A stretch of 64,000 nucleotides of DNA. It comes from Yuukianura sp. NJ FZ-2021. Taxonomy: Eukaryota. Of this stretch, positions 14,501 through 28,714 are shown in pieces. A model generated the notes under the pieces. That model ran no database searches, was not told where the DNA came from, and was given only the letters and a program-made list of their open reading frames with translations. The DNA lies in NCBI GenBank assembly GCA_046563655.1, contig CM102289.1, positions 5,084,001 to 5,148,000 of the forward strand, read 5' to 3'. Both the position numbers and the translations under genes were made by a program. How positions within the stretch are numbered: the first letter of the stretch is position 1; the number at the start of each line of letters is the position of its first letter.

Positions 14501-17500
14501 ATTTAGTTGATTAGAAAGAGTGATTTTCCTACTAAACTTTTAACTTTTTGGAATTTGGAATTTAGTTGATTAGAAAGAGTGATTTTCCTACTAAACTTTT
14601 AACTTTTTGGAATTTGGAATTTAGTTGATTAGAAAGAGTGATTTTCCTACTAAACTTTTAACTTTTTGGAATTTGGAATTTAGTTGATTAGAAAGAGTGA
14701 TTTTCCTACTAAACTTTTAACTTTTTGGAATTTGGAATTTAGTTGATTAGAAAGAGTGATTTTCCTACTAAACTTTTAACTTTTTGGAATTTGGAATTTA
14801 GTTGATTAGAAAGAGTGATTTTCCTACTAAACTTTTAACGTTTTGGAATTTGGAATTTAGTTGATTAGAAAGAGTGATTTTCCTACTAAACTTTTAACTT
14901 TTTGGAATTTGGAATTTAGTTGATTAGAAAGAGTGATTTTCCTACTAAACTTTTAACTTTTTGGAATTTGGAATTTAGTTGATTAGAAAGAGTGATTTTC
15001 CTACTAAACTTTTAACTTTTTGGAATTTGGAATTTAGTTGATTAGAAAGAGTGATTTTCCTACTAAACTTTTAACTTTTTGGAATTTGGAATTTAGTTGA
15101 TTAGAAAGAGTGATTTTCCTACTAAACTTTTAACTTTTTGGAATTTGGAATTTAGTTGATTAGAAAGAGTGATTTTCCTACTAAACTTTTAACTTTTTGG
15201 AATTTGGAATTTAGTTGATTAGAAAGAGTGATTTTCCTACTAAACTTTTAACTTTTTGGAATTTGGAATTTAGTTGATTAGAAAGAGTGATTTTCCTACT
15301 AAACTTTTAACTTTTTGGAATTTGGAATTTAGTTGATTAGAAAGAGTGATTTTCCTACTAAACTTTTAACTTTTTGGAATTTGGAATTTAGTTGATTAGA
15401 AAGAGTGATTTTCCTACTAAACTTTTAACTTTTTGGAATTTGGAATTTAGTTGATTAGAAAGAGTGATTTTCCTACTAAACTTTTAACTTTTTGGAATTT
15501 GGAATTTAGTTGATTAGAAAGAGTGATTTTCCTACTAAACTTTTAACTTTTTGGAATTTGGAATTTAGTTGATTAGAAAGAGTGATTTTCCTACTAAACT
15601 TTTAACTTTTTGGAATTTGGAATTTAGTTGATTAGAAAGAGTGATTTTCCTACTAAACTTTTAACTTTTTGGAATTTGGAATTTAGTTGATTAGAAAGAG
15701 TGATTTTCCTACTAAACTTTTAACTTTTTGGAATTTGGAATTTAGTTGATTAGAAAGAGTGATTTTCCTACTAAACTTTTAACTTTTTGGAATTTGGAAT
15801 TTAGTTGATTAGAAAGAGTGATTTTCCTACTAAACTTTTAACTTTTTGGAATTTGGAATTTAGTTGATTAGAAAGAGTGATTTTCCTACTAAACTTTTAA
15901 CTTTTTGGAATTTGGAATTTAGTTGATTAGAAAGAGTGATTTTCCTACTAAACTTTTAACTTTTTGGAATTTGGAATTTAGTTGATTAGAAAGAGTGATT
16001 TTCCTACTAAACTTTTAACTTTTTGGAATTTGGAATTTAGTTGATTAGAAAGAGTGATTTTCCTACTAAACTTTTAACTTTTTGGAATTTGGAATTTAGT
16101 TGATTAGAAAGAGTGATTTTCCTACTAAACTTTTAACTTTTTGGAATTTGGAATTTAGTTGATTAGAAAGAGTGATTTTCCTACTAAACTTTTAACTTTT
16201 TGGAATTTGGAATTTAGTTGATTAGAAAGAGTGATTTTCCTACTAAACTTTTAACTTTTTGGAATTTGGAATTTAGTTGATTAGAAAGAGTGATTTTCCT
16301 ACTAAACTTTTAACTTTTTGGAATTTGGAATTTAGTTGATTAGAAAGAGTGATTTTCCTACTAAACTTTTAACTTTTTGGAATTTGGAATTTAGTTGATT
16401 AGAAAGAGTGATTTTCCTACTAAACTTTTAACTTTTTGGAATTTGGAATTTAGTTGATTAGAAAGAGTGATTTTCCTACTAAACTTTTAACTTTTTGGAA
16501 TTTGGAATTTAGTTGATTAGAAAGAGTGATTTTCCTACTAAACTTTTAACTTTTTGGAATTTGGAATTTAGTTGATTAGAAAGAGTGATTTTCCTACTAA
16601 ACTTTTAACTTTTTGGAATTTGGAATTTAGTTGATTAGAAAGAGTGATTTTCCTACTAAACTTTTAACTTTTTGGAATTTGGAATTTAGTTGATTAGAAA
16701 GAGTGATTTTCCTACTAAACTTTTAACTTTTTGGAATTTGGAATTTAGTTGATTAGAAAGAGTGATTTTCCTACTAAACTTTTAACTTTTTGGAATTTGG
16801 AATTTAGTTGATTAGAAAGAGTGATTTTCCTACTAAACTTTTAACTTTTTGGAATTTGGAATTTAGTTGATTAGAAAGAGTGATTTTCCTACTAAACTTT
16901 TAACTTTTTGGAATTTGGAATTTAGTTGATTAGAAAGAGTGATTTTCCTACTAAACTTTTAACTTTTTGGAATTTGGAATTTAGTTGATTAGAAAGAGTG
17001 ATTTTCCTACTAAACTTTTAACTTTTTGGAATTTGGAATTTAGTTGATTAGAAAGAGTGATTTTCCTACTAAACTTTTAACTTTTTGGAATTTGGAATTT
17101 AGTTGATTAGAAAGAGTGATTTTCCTACTAAACTTTTAACTTTTTGGAATTTGGAATTTAGTTGATTAGAAAGAGTGATTTTCCTACTAAACTTTTAACT
17201 TTTTGGAATTTGGAATTTAGTTGATTAGAAAGAGTGATTTTCCTACTAAACTTTTAACTTTTTGGAATTTGGAATTTAGTTGATTAGAAAGAGTGATTTT
17301 CCTACTAAACTTTTAACTTTTTGGAATTTGGAATTTAGTTGATTAGAAAGAGTGATTTTCCTACTAAACTTTTAACTTTTTGGAATTTGGAATTTAGTTG
17401 ATTAGAAAGAGTGATTTTCCTACTAAACTTTTAACTTTTTGGAATTTGGAATTTAGTTGATTAGAAAGAGTGATTTTCCTACTAAACTTTTAACTTTTTG

Positions 17501-20500
17501 GAATTTGGAATTTAGTTGATTAGAAAGAGTGATTTTCCTACTAAACTTTTAACTTTTTGGAATTTGGAATTTAGTTGATTAGAAAGAGTGATTTTCCTAC
17601 TAAACTTTTAACTTTTTGGAATTTGGAATTTAGTTGATTAGAAAGAGTGATTTTCCTACTAAACTTTTAACTTTTTGGAATTTGGAATTTAGTTGATTAG
17701 AAAGAGTGATTTTCCTACTAAACTTTTAACTTTTTGGAATTTGGAATTTAGTTGATTAGAAAGAGTGATTTTCCTACTAAACTTTTAACTTTTTGGAATT
17801 TGGAATTTAGTTGATTAGAAAGAGTGATTTTCCTACTAAACTTTTAACTTTTTGGAATTTGGAATTTAGTTGATTAGAAAGAGTGATTTTCCTACTAAAC
17901 TTTTAACTTTTTGGAATTTGGAATTTAGTTGATTAGAAAGAGTGATTTTCCTACTAAACTTTTAACTTTTTGGAATTTGGAATTTAGTTGATTAGAAAGA
18001 GTGATTTTCCTACTAAACTTTTAACTTTTTGGAATTTGGAATTTAGTTGATTAGAAAGAGTGATTTTCCTACTAAACTTTTAACTTTTTGGAATTTGGAA
18101 TTTAGTTGATTAGAAAGAGTGATTTTCCTACTAAACTTTTAACTTTTTGGAATTTGGAATTTAGTTGATTAGAAAGAGTGATTTTCCTACTAAACTTTTA
18201 ACTTTTTGGAATTTGGAATTTAGTTGATTAGAAAGAGTGATTTTCCTACTAAACTTTTAACTTTTTGGAATTTGGAATTTAGTTGATTAGAAAGAGTGAT
18301 TTTCCTACTAAACTTTTAACTTTTTGGAATTTGGAATTTAGTTGATTAGAAAGAGTGATTTTCCTACTAAACTTTTAACTTTTTGGAATTTGGAATTTAG
18401 TTGATTAGAAAGAGTGATTTTCCTACTAAACTTTTAACTTTTTGGAATTTGGAATTTAGTTGATTAGAAAGAGTGATTTTCCTACTAAACTTTTAACTTT
18501 TTGGAATTTGGAATTTAGTTGATTAGAAAGAGTGATTTTCCTACTAAACTTTTAACTTTTTGGAATTTGGAATTTAGTTGATTAGAAAGAGTGATTTTCC
18601 TACTAAACTTTTAACTTTTTGGAATTTGGAATTTAGTTGATTAGAAAGAGTGATTTTCCTACTAAACTTTTAACTTTTTGGAATTTGGAATTTAGTTGAT
18701 TAGAAAGAGTGATTTTCCTACTAAACTTTTAACTTTTTGGAATTTGGAATTTAGTTGATTAGAAAGAGTGATTTTCCTACTAAACTTTTAACTTTTTGGA
18801 ATTTGGAATTTAGTTGATTAGAAAGAGTGATTTTCCTACTAAACTTTTAACTTTTTGGAATTTGGAATTTAGTTGATTAGAAAGAGTGATTTTCCTACTA
18901 AACTTTTAACTTTTTGGAATTTGGAATTTAGTTGATTAGAAAGAGTGATTTTCCTACTAAACTTTTAACTTTTTGGAATTTGGAATTTAGTTGATTAGAA
19001 AGAGTGATTTTCCTACTAAACTTTTAACTTTTTGGAATTTGGAATTTAGTTGATTAGAAAGAGTGATTTTCCTACTAAACTTTTAACTTTTTGGAATTTG
19101 GAATTTAGTTGATTAGAAAGAGTGATTTTCCTACTAAACTTTTAACTTTTTGGAATTTGGAATTTAGTTGATTAGAAAGAGTGATTTTCCTACTAAACTT
19201 TTAACTTTTTGGAATTTGGAATTTAGTTGATTAGAAAGAGTGATTTTCCTACTAAACTTTTAACTTTTTGGAATTTGGAATTTAGTTGATTAGAAAGAGT
19301 GATTTTCCTACTAAACTTTTAACTTTTTGGAATTTGGAATTTAGTTGATTAGAAAGAGTGATTTTCCTACTAAACTTTTAACTTTTTGGAATTTGGAATT
19401 TAGTTGATTAGAAAGAGTGATTTTCCTACTAAACTTTTAACTTTTTGGAATTTGGAATTTAGTTGATTAGAAAGAGTGATTTTCCTACTAAACTTTTAAC
19501 TTTTTGGAATTTGGAATTTAGTTGATTAGAAAGAGTGATTTTCCTACTAAACTTTTAACTTTTTGGAATTTGGAATTTAGTTGATTAGAAAGAGTGATTT
19601 TCCTACTAAACTTTTAACTTTTTGGAATTTGGAATTTAGTTGATTAGAAAGAGTGATTTTCCTACTAAACTTTTAACTTTTTGGAATTTGGAATTTAGTT
19701 GATTAGAAAGAGTGATTTTCCTACTAAACTTTTAACTTTTTGGAATTTGGAATTTAGTTGATTAGAAAGAGTGATTTTCCTACTAAACTTTTAACTTTTT
19801 GGAATTTGGAATTTAGTTGATTAGAAAGAGTGATTTTCCTACTAAACTTTTAACTTTTTGGAATTTGGAATTTAGTTGATTAGAAAGAGTGATTTTCCTA
19901 CTAAACTTTTAACTTTTTGGAATTTGGAATTTAGTTGATTAGAAAGAGTGATTTTCCTACTAAACTTTTAACTTTTTGGAATTTGGAATTTAGTTGATTA
20001 GAAAGAGTGATTTTCCTACTAAACTTTTAACTTTTTGGAATTTGGAATTTAGTTGATTAGAAAGAGTGATTTTCCTACTAAACTTTTAACTTTTTGGAAT
20101 TTGGAATTTAGTTGATTAGAAAGAGTGATTTTCCTACTAAACTTTTAACTTTTTGGAATTTGGAATTTAGTTGATTAGAAAGAGTGATTTTCCTACTAAA
20201 CTTTTAACTTTTTGGAATTTGGAATTTAGTTGATTAGAAAGAGTGATTTTCCTACTAAACTTTTAACTTTTTGGAATTTGGAATTTAGTTGATTAGAAAG
20301 AGTGATTTTCCTACTAAACTTTTAACTTTTTGGAATTTGGAATTTAGTTGATTAGAAAGAGTGATTTTCCTACTAAACTTTTAACTTTTTGGAATTTGGA
20401 ATTTAGTTGATTAGAAAGAGTGATTTTCCTACTAAACTTTTAACTTTTTGGAATTTGGAATTTAGTTGATTAGAAAGAGTGATTTTCCTACTAAACTTTT

Positions 20501-23500
20501 AACTTTTTGGAATTTGGAATTTAGTTGATTAGAAAGAGTGATTTTCCTACTAAACTTTTAACTTTTTGGAATTTGGAATTTAGTTGATTAGAAAGAGTGA
20601 TTTTCCTACTAAACTTTTAACTTTTTGGAATTTGGAATTTAGTTGATTAGAAAGAGTGATTTTCCTACTAAACTTTTAACTTTTTGGAATTTGGAATTTA
20701 GTTGATTAGAAAGAGTGATTTTCCTACTAAACTTTTAACTTTTTGGAATTTGGAATTTAGTTGATTAGAAAGAGTGATTTTCCTACTAAACTTTTAACTT
20801 TTTGGAATTTGGAATTTAGTTGATTAGAAAGAGTGATTTTCCTACTAAACTTTTAACTTTTTGGAATTTGGAATTTAGTTGATTAGAAAGAGTGATTTTC
20901 CTACTAAACTTTTAACTTTTTGGAATTTGGAATTTAGTTGATTAGAAAGAGTGATTTTCCTACTAAACTTTTAACTTTTTGGAATTTGGAATTTAGTTGA
21001 TTAGAAAGAGTGATTTTCCTACTAAACTTTTAACTTTTTGGAATTTGGAATTTAGTTGATTAGAAAGAGTGATTTTCCTACTAAACTTTTAACTTTTTGG
21101 AATTTGGAATTTAGTTGATTAGAAAGAGTGATTTTCCTACTAAACTTTTAACTTTTTGGAATTTGGAATTTAGTTGATTAGAAAGAGTGATTTTCCTACT
21201 AAACTTTTAACTTTTTGGAATTTGGAATTTAGTTGATTAGAAAGAATGATTTTCCTACTAAACTTTTAACTTTTTGGAATTTGGAATTTAGTTGATTAGA
21301 AAGAGTGATTTTCCTACTAAACTTTTAACTTTTTGGAATTTGGAATTTAGTTGATTAGAAAGAGTGATTTTCCTACTAAACTTTTAACTTTTTGGAATTT
21401 GGAATTTAGTTGATTAGAAAGAGTGATTTTCCTACTAAACTTTTAACTTTTTGGAATTTGGAATTTAGTTGATTAGAAAGAGTGATTTTCCTACTAAACT
21501 TTTAACTTTTTGGAATTTGGAATTTAGTTGATTAGAAAGAGTGATTTTCCTACTAAACTTTTAACTTTTTGGAATTTGGAATTTAGTTGATTAGAAAGAG
21601 TGATTTTCCTACTAAACTTTTAACTTTTTGGAATTTGGAATTTAGTTGATTAGAAAGAGTGATTTTCCTACTAAACTTTTAACTTTTTGGAATTTGGAAT
21701 TTAGTTGATTAGAAAGAGTGATTTTCCTACTAAACTTTTAACTTTTTGGAATTTGGAATTTAGTTGATTAGAAAGAGTGATTTTCCTACTAAACTTTTAA
21801 CTTTTTGGAATTTGGAATTTAGTTGATTAGAAAGAGTGATTTTCCTACTAAACTTTTAACTTTTTGGAATTTGGAATTTAGTTGATTAGAAAGAGTGATT
21901 TTCCTACTAAACTTTTAACTTTTTGGAATTTGGAATTTAGTTGATTAGAAAGAGTGATTTTCCTACTAAACTTTTAACTTTTTGGAATTTGGAATTTAGT
22001 TGATTAGAAAGAGTGATTTTCCTACTAAACTTTTAACTTTTTGGAATTTGGAATTTAGTTGATTAGAAAGAGTGATTTTCCTACTAAACTTTTAACTTTT
22101 TGGAATTTGGAATTTAGTTGATTAGAAAGAGTGATTTTCCTACTAAACTTTTAACTTTTTGGAATTTGGAATTTAGTTGATTAGAAAGAGTGATTTTCCT
22201 ACTAAACTTTTAACTTTTTGGAATTTGGAATTTAGTTGATTAGAAAGAGTGATTTTCCTACTAAACTTTTAACTTTTTGGAATTTGGAATTTAGTTGATT
22301 AGAAAGAGTGATTTTCCTACTAAACTTTTAACTTTTTGGAATTTGGAATTTAGTTGATTAGAAAGAGTGATTTTCCTACTAAACTTTTAACTTTTTGGAA
22401 TTTGGAATTTAGTTGATTAGAAAGAATGATTTTCCTACTAAACTTTTAACTTTTTGGAATTTGGAATTTAGTTGATTAGAAAGAGTGATTTTCCTACTAA
22501 ACTTTTAACTTTTTGGAATTTGGAATTTAGTTGATTAGAAAGAGTGATTTTCCTACTAAACTTTTAACTTTTTGGAATTTGGAATTTAGTTGATTAGAAA
22601 GAGTGATTTTCCTACTAAACTTTTAACTTTTTGGAATTTGGAATTTAGTTGATTAGAAAGAGTGATTTTCCTACTAAACTTTTAACTTTTTGGAATTTGG
22701 AATTTAGTTGATTAGAAAGAGTGATTTTCCTACTAAACTTTTAACTTTTTGGAATTTGGAATTTAGTTGATTAGAAAGAGTGATTTTCCTACTAAACTTT
22801 TAACTTTTTGGAATTTGGAATTTAGTTGATTAGAAAGAGTGATTTTCCTACTAAACTTTTAACTTTTTGGAATTTGGAATTTAGTTGATTAGAAAGAGTG
22901 ATTTTCCTACTAAACTTTTAACTTTTTGGAATTTGGAATTTAGTTGATTAGAAAGAGTGATTTTCCTACTAAACTTTTAACTTTTTGGAATTTGGAATTT
23001 AGTTGATTAGAAAGAGTGATTTTCCTACTAAACTTTTAACTTTTTGGAATTTGGAATTTAGTTGATTAGAAAGAGTGATTTTCCTACTAAACTTTTAACT
23101 TTTTGGAATTTGGAATTTAGTTGATTAGAAAGAGTGATTTTCCTACTAAACTTTTAACTTTTTGGAATTTGGAATTTAGTTGATTAGAAAGAGTGATTTT
23201 CCTACTAAACTTTTAACTTTTTGGAATTTGGAATTTAGTTGATTAGAAAGAGTGATTTTCCTACTAAACTTTTAACTTTTTGGAATTTGGAATTTAGTTG
23301 ATTAGAAAGAGTGATTTTCCTACTAAACTTTTAACTTTTTGGAATTTGGAATTTAGTTGATTAGAAAGAGTGATTTTCCTACTAAACTTTTAACTTTTTG
23401 GAATTTGGAATTTAGTTGATTAGAAAGAGTGATTTTCCTACTAAACTTTTAACTTTTTGGAATTTGGAATTTAGTTGATTAGAAAGAGTGATTTTCCTAC

Positions 23501-26500
23501 TAAACTTTTAACTTTTTGGAATTTGGAATTTAGTTGATTAGAAAGAGTGATTTTCCTACTAAACTTTTAACTTTTTGGAATTTGGAATTTAGTTGATTAG
23601 AAAGAGTGATTTTCCTACTAAACTTTTAACTTTTTGGAATTTGGAATTTAGTTGATTAGAAAGAGTGATTTTCCTACTAAACTTTTAACTTTTTGGAATT
23701 TGGAATTTAGTTGATTAGAAAGAGTGATTTTCCTACTAAAATTTTGACTTTTTGGAATTTGGAATTTAGTTGATTAGAAAGAGTGATTTTCCTACTAAAC
23801 TTTTAACTTTTTGGAATTTGGAATTTAGTTGATTAGAAAGAGTGATTTTCCTACTAAACTTTTAACTTTTTGGAATTTGGAATTTAGTTGATTAGAAAGA
23901 GTGATTTTCCTACTAAACTTTTAACTTTTTGGAATTTGGAATTTAGTTGATTAGAAAGTGTGATTTTCCTACTAAACTTTTAACTTTTTGGAATTTGGAA
24001 TTTAGTTGATTAGAAAGAGTGATTTTCCTACTAAACTTTTAACTTTTTGGAATTTGGAATTTAGTTGATTAGAAAGAGTGATTTTCCTACTAAACTTTTA
24101 ACTTTTTGGAATTTGGAATTTAGTTGATTAGAAAGAGTGATTTTCCTACTAAACTTTTAACTTTTTGGAATTTGGAATTTAGTTGATTAGAAAGAGTGAT
24201 TTTCCTACTAAACTTTTAACTTTTTGGAATTTGGAATTTAGTTGATTAGAAAGAGTGATTTTCCTACTAAACTTTTAACTTTTTGGAATTTGGAATTTAG
24301 TTGATTAGAAAGAGTGATTTTCCTACTAAACTTTTAACTTTTTGGAATTTGGAATTTAGTTGATTAGAAAGAGTGATTTTCCTACTAAACTTTTAACTTT
24401 TTGGAATTTGGAATTTAGTTGATTAGAAAGAGTGATTTTCCTACTAAACTTTTAACTTTTTGGAATTTGGAATTTAGTTGATTAGAAAGAGTGATTTTCC
24501 TACTAAACTTTTAACTTTTTGGAATTTGGAATTTAGTTGATTAGAAAGAGTGATTTTCCTACTAAACTTTTAACTTTTTGGAATTTGGAATTTAGTTGAT
24601 TAGAAAGAGTGATTTTCCTACTAAACTTTTAACTTTTTGGAATTTGGAATTTAGTTGATTAGAAAGAGTGATTTTCCTACTAAACTTTTAACTTTTTGGA
24701 ATTTGGAATTTAGTTGATTAGAAAGAGTGATTTTCCTACTAAACTTTTAACTTTTTGGAATTTGGAATTTAGTTGATTAGAAAGAGTGATTTTCCTACTA
24801 AACTTTTAACTTTTTGGAATTTGGAATTTAGTTGATTAGAAAGAGTGATTTTCCTACTAAACTTTTAACTTTTTGGAATTTGGAATTTAGTTGATTAGAA
24901 AGAGTGATTTTCCTACTAAACTTTTAACTTTTTGGAATTTGGAATTTAGTTGATTAGAAAGAGTGATTTTCCTACTAAACTTTTAACTTTTTGGAATTTG
25001 GAATTTAGTTGATTAGAAAGAGTGATTTTCCTACTAAACTTTTAACTTTTTGGAATTTGGAATTTAGTTGATTAGAAAGAGTGATTTTCCTACTAAACTT
25101 TTAACTTTTTGGAATTTGGAATTTAGTTGATTAGAAAGAGTGATTTTCCTACTAAACTTTTAACTTTTTGGAATTTGGAATTTAGTTGATTAGAAAGAGT
25201 GATTTTCCTACTAAACTTTTAACTTTTTGGAATTTGGAATTTAGTTGATTAGAAAGAGTGATTTTCCTACTAAACTTTTAACTTTTTGGAATTTGGAATT
25301 TAGTTGATTAGAAAGAGTGATTTTCCTACTAAACTTTTAACTTTTTGGAATTTGGAATTTAGTTGATTAGAAAGAGTGATTTTCCTACTAAACTTTTAAC
25401 TTTTTGGAATTTGGAATTTAGTTGATTAGAAAGAGTGATTTTCCTACTAAACTTTTAACTTTTTGGAATTTGGAATTTAGTTGATTAGAAAGAATGATTT
25501 TCCTACTAAACTTTTAACTTTTTGGAATTTGGAATTTAGTTGATTAGAAAGAGTGATTTTCCTACTAAACTTTTAACTTTTTGGAATTTGGAATTTAGTT
25601 GATTAGAAAGAGTGATTTTCCTACTAAACTTTTAACTTTTTGGAATTTGGAATTTAGTTGATTAGAAAGAGTGATTTTCCTACTAAACTTTTAACTTTTT
25701 GGAATTTGGAATTTAGTTGATTAGAAAGAGTGATTTTCCTACTAAACTTTTAACTTTTTGGAATTTGGAATTTAGTTGATTAGAAAGAGTGATTTTCCTA
25801 CTAAACTTTTAACTTTTTGGAATTTGGAATTTAGTTGATTAGAAAGAGTGATTTTCCTACTAAACTTTTAACTTTTTGGAATTTGGAATTTAGTTGATTA
25901 GAAAGAGTGATTTTCCTACTAAACTTTTAACTTTTTGGAATTTGGAATTTAGTTGATTAGAAAGAGTGATTTTCCTACTAAACTTTTAACTTTTTGGAAT
26001 TTGGAATTTAGTTGATTAGAAAGAGTGATTTTCCTACTAAACTTTTAACTTTTTGGAATTTGGAATTTAGTTGATTAGAAAGAGTGATTTTCCTACTAAA
26101 CTTTTAACTTTTTGGAATTTGGAATTTAGTTGATTAGAAAGAGTGATTTTCCTACTAAACTTTTAACTTTTTGGAATTTGGAATTTAGTTGATTAGAAAG
26201 AGTGATTTTCCTACTAAACTTTTAACTTTTTGGAATTTGGAATTTAGTTGATTAGAAAGAGTGATTTTCCTACTAAACTTTTAACTTTTTGGAATTTGGA
26301 ATTTAGTTGATTAGAAAGAGTGATTTTCCTACTAAACTTTTAACTTTTTGGAATTTGGAATTTAGTTGATTAGAAAGAGTGATTTTCCTACTAAACTTTT
26401 AACTTTTTGGAATTTGGAATTTAGTTGATTAGAAAGAGTGATTTTCCTACTAAACTTTTAACTTTTTGGAATTTGGAATTTAGTTGATTAGAAAGAATGA

Positions 26501-27534
26501 TTTTCCTACTAAACTTTTAACTTTTTGGAATTTGGAATTTAGTTGATTAGAAAGAGTGATTTTCCTACTAAACTTTTAACTTTTTAGAATTTGGAATTTA
26601 GTTGATTAGAAAGAGTGATTTTCCTACTAAACTTTTAACTTTTTAGAATTTGGACTTATGTTGATTAGAAAGAGTGATTTTCCTACTAAACTTTTAACTT
26701 TTTGGAATTTGGAATTTAGTTGATTAGAAAGAGTGATTTTCCTACTAAACTTTTAACTTTTTGGAATTTGGAATTTAGTTGATTAGAAAGAGTGATTTTC
26801 CTACTAAAATTTTAACTTTTTAGAATTTAGTTGATTAGAAAGAGTGATTTTCCTACTAAACTTTTAACTTTTTGGAATTTGGAATTTAGTTGATTAGAAA
26901 GAGTGATTTTCCTACTAAACTTTTAACTTTTTAGAATTTGGAATTTAGTTGATTAGAAAGAGTGATTTTCCCACTAAACTTTTAACTTTTTGGAATTTGG
27001 AATTTAGTTGATTAGAAAGAATGATTTTCCTACTAAACTTTTAACTTTTTGGAATTTGGAATTTAGTTGATTAGAAAGAGTGATTTTCCTACTAAACTTT
27101 TAACTTTTTGGAATTTGGAATTTAGTTGATTAGAAAGAGTGATTTTCCTACTAAACTTTTAACTTTTTGGAATTTGGAATTTAGTTGATTAGAAAGAGTG
27201 ATTTTCCTACTAAACTTTTAACTTTTTGGAATTTGGAATTTAGTTGATTAGAAAGAGTGATTTTCCTACTAAACTTTTAACTTTTTGGAATTTGGAATTT
27301 AGTTGATTAGAAAGAGTGATTTTCCTACTAAACTTTTAACTTTTTGGAATTTGGAATTTAGTTGATTAGAAAGAGTGATTTTCCTACTAAAATTTTAACC
27401 TTTTGGAATTTGGAATTTAGTTGATTAGAAAGAGTGATTTTCCTACTAAAATTTTAACCTTTTGGAATTTGGAATTTAGTTGATTAGAAAGAGTGATTTT
27501 CCTACTAAAATTTTAACTTTTTAGATATTGGAAT

Positions 27535-27803
27535 GGTTCCATGCCATTGTATCAATTGAATTGTATCAACTGCCATTGCATCAACTGAATTGTGTCAATT
27601 CGAATTGTATCAACGCTCAATTGTATCAACGGCTACTTGTATCAACCAACGTAACCTAACCTAACCTAAGCTAAATTAAGCATTACACTCGTTGATACAA
27701 TTAGTCGTTGATACAATTGGCCCGTTGATACAATTCAAATTGACACAATTCAGTTGATGCAATGGCAGTTGATACAATTCAATTGATACAATGGCGTGCT
27801 ACC
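27535..27803. mobile_element. MITE (269 bp) with long internally repetitive TIRs, inserted into the 59-bp satellite
   Basis: Left GGTTCCATGCCATTGTATCAATTGAATTG... pairs with right ...CAATTCAATTGATACAATGGCGTGCTACC; TSD ATTGGAAT at 27527-27534 and 27804-27811 (alternatively 6-bp TTGGAA); arms built of TTGTATCAAC units; central TAACCTAACCTAACC. Confidence 0.9.
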
Positions 27804-28497
27804 ATTGGAATTTAGTTGATTAGAAAGAGTGATTTTCCTACTAAAATTTTAACTTTTTAGAATTTGGAATTTAGTTGATTAGAAAGAGTGATTTTCCTAC
27901 TAAACTTTTAACCTTTTGGAATTTGGAATTATGTTATTTAAAAAGAGTCATTTTCATAGTAAATTTTTAACTTTTTGAAAAATTTGAACAGAGGGAAATC
28001 TGAGCTAACCTTGAACAACATTTTTATGCAAACGGTTTTTTCGCATTTTGGTGTAATTGTGCACAAAAAGGCCCCATATCTCCACTGAAAATTATGAGCC
28101 ACGTTTCGTTGCATAAATCTCGTGAAAACAGTTTCTTAACGTTTTTCTTGCGTTTGCGGACAGCCGGTGTAAAAATCTTATCAATTGCCAACTCCCTCCA
28201 GAAGACCTATGCTCAACCCTTGAGCATCGCCCTGCCTTGTTTGAACTGTGTTTTCACGTTATTTAGTTGTTTGTAGTCAATTAATTCAAATTCAGAGGGC
28301 AAAGCTCCGCCCCTTTGGATTCATCCATTTCGTCCATTTCTTCCACTGGATATCCAGCCGTGGATGAAATTCGAAAAAGTGGATATCCACCAACACTGGT
28401 TTTGTCATTGCGTAATTTGAGTTTTGCATTTCTATGTAAGAAACAGCAAAGTTGTCAAATCGTAAAAGTGTAACCTGCAAAGCGGTATAAGATGCTT

Positions 28498-28511
28498 GTC
28501 GCCATGGAGAC
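28498..28511. promoter_or_regulatory. Candidate X-box (RFX-binding site) GTCGCCATGGAGAC
   Basis: Near-palindrome close to the X-box pattern GTYNCC-AT-GGNAAC (one mismatch); ~165 bp upstream of the ciliary FAM183-like ATG if the 28555-48717 insertion is removed. Confidence 0.55.
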
Positions 28512-28714
28512 AAGGTCAAAGGTAAAGACGTTTGAGACAAGCTTATGTAAAAATCAAGGCAACTAAACAAAAAGACACACGCGCTTTCTAAGGTAGTCTC
28601 ACGAGCCGTTTTTTAATTGAAGGGGCCAGTCAAAGAAGTGCCTCTAGAAAATTTTGATTTTTAGAAAATCGCGTTACCAAGCCAATTTTTATCAAATTTT
28701 AATTTTAATTAAAA

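Larger units (their letters stand above)
1..27985. repeat. 59-bp AT-rich satellite array (~465-470 copies in window), unit TTGGAATTTAGTTGATTAGAAAGAGTGATTTTCCTACTAAACTTTTAACTTTTTGGAAT
   Basis: Direct 59-bp periodicity; near-identical copies with sparse variants; degenerates at ~27370-27985; runs off the left window edge. Confidence 0.99.
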
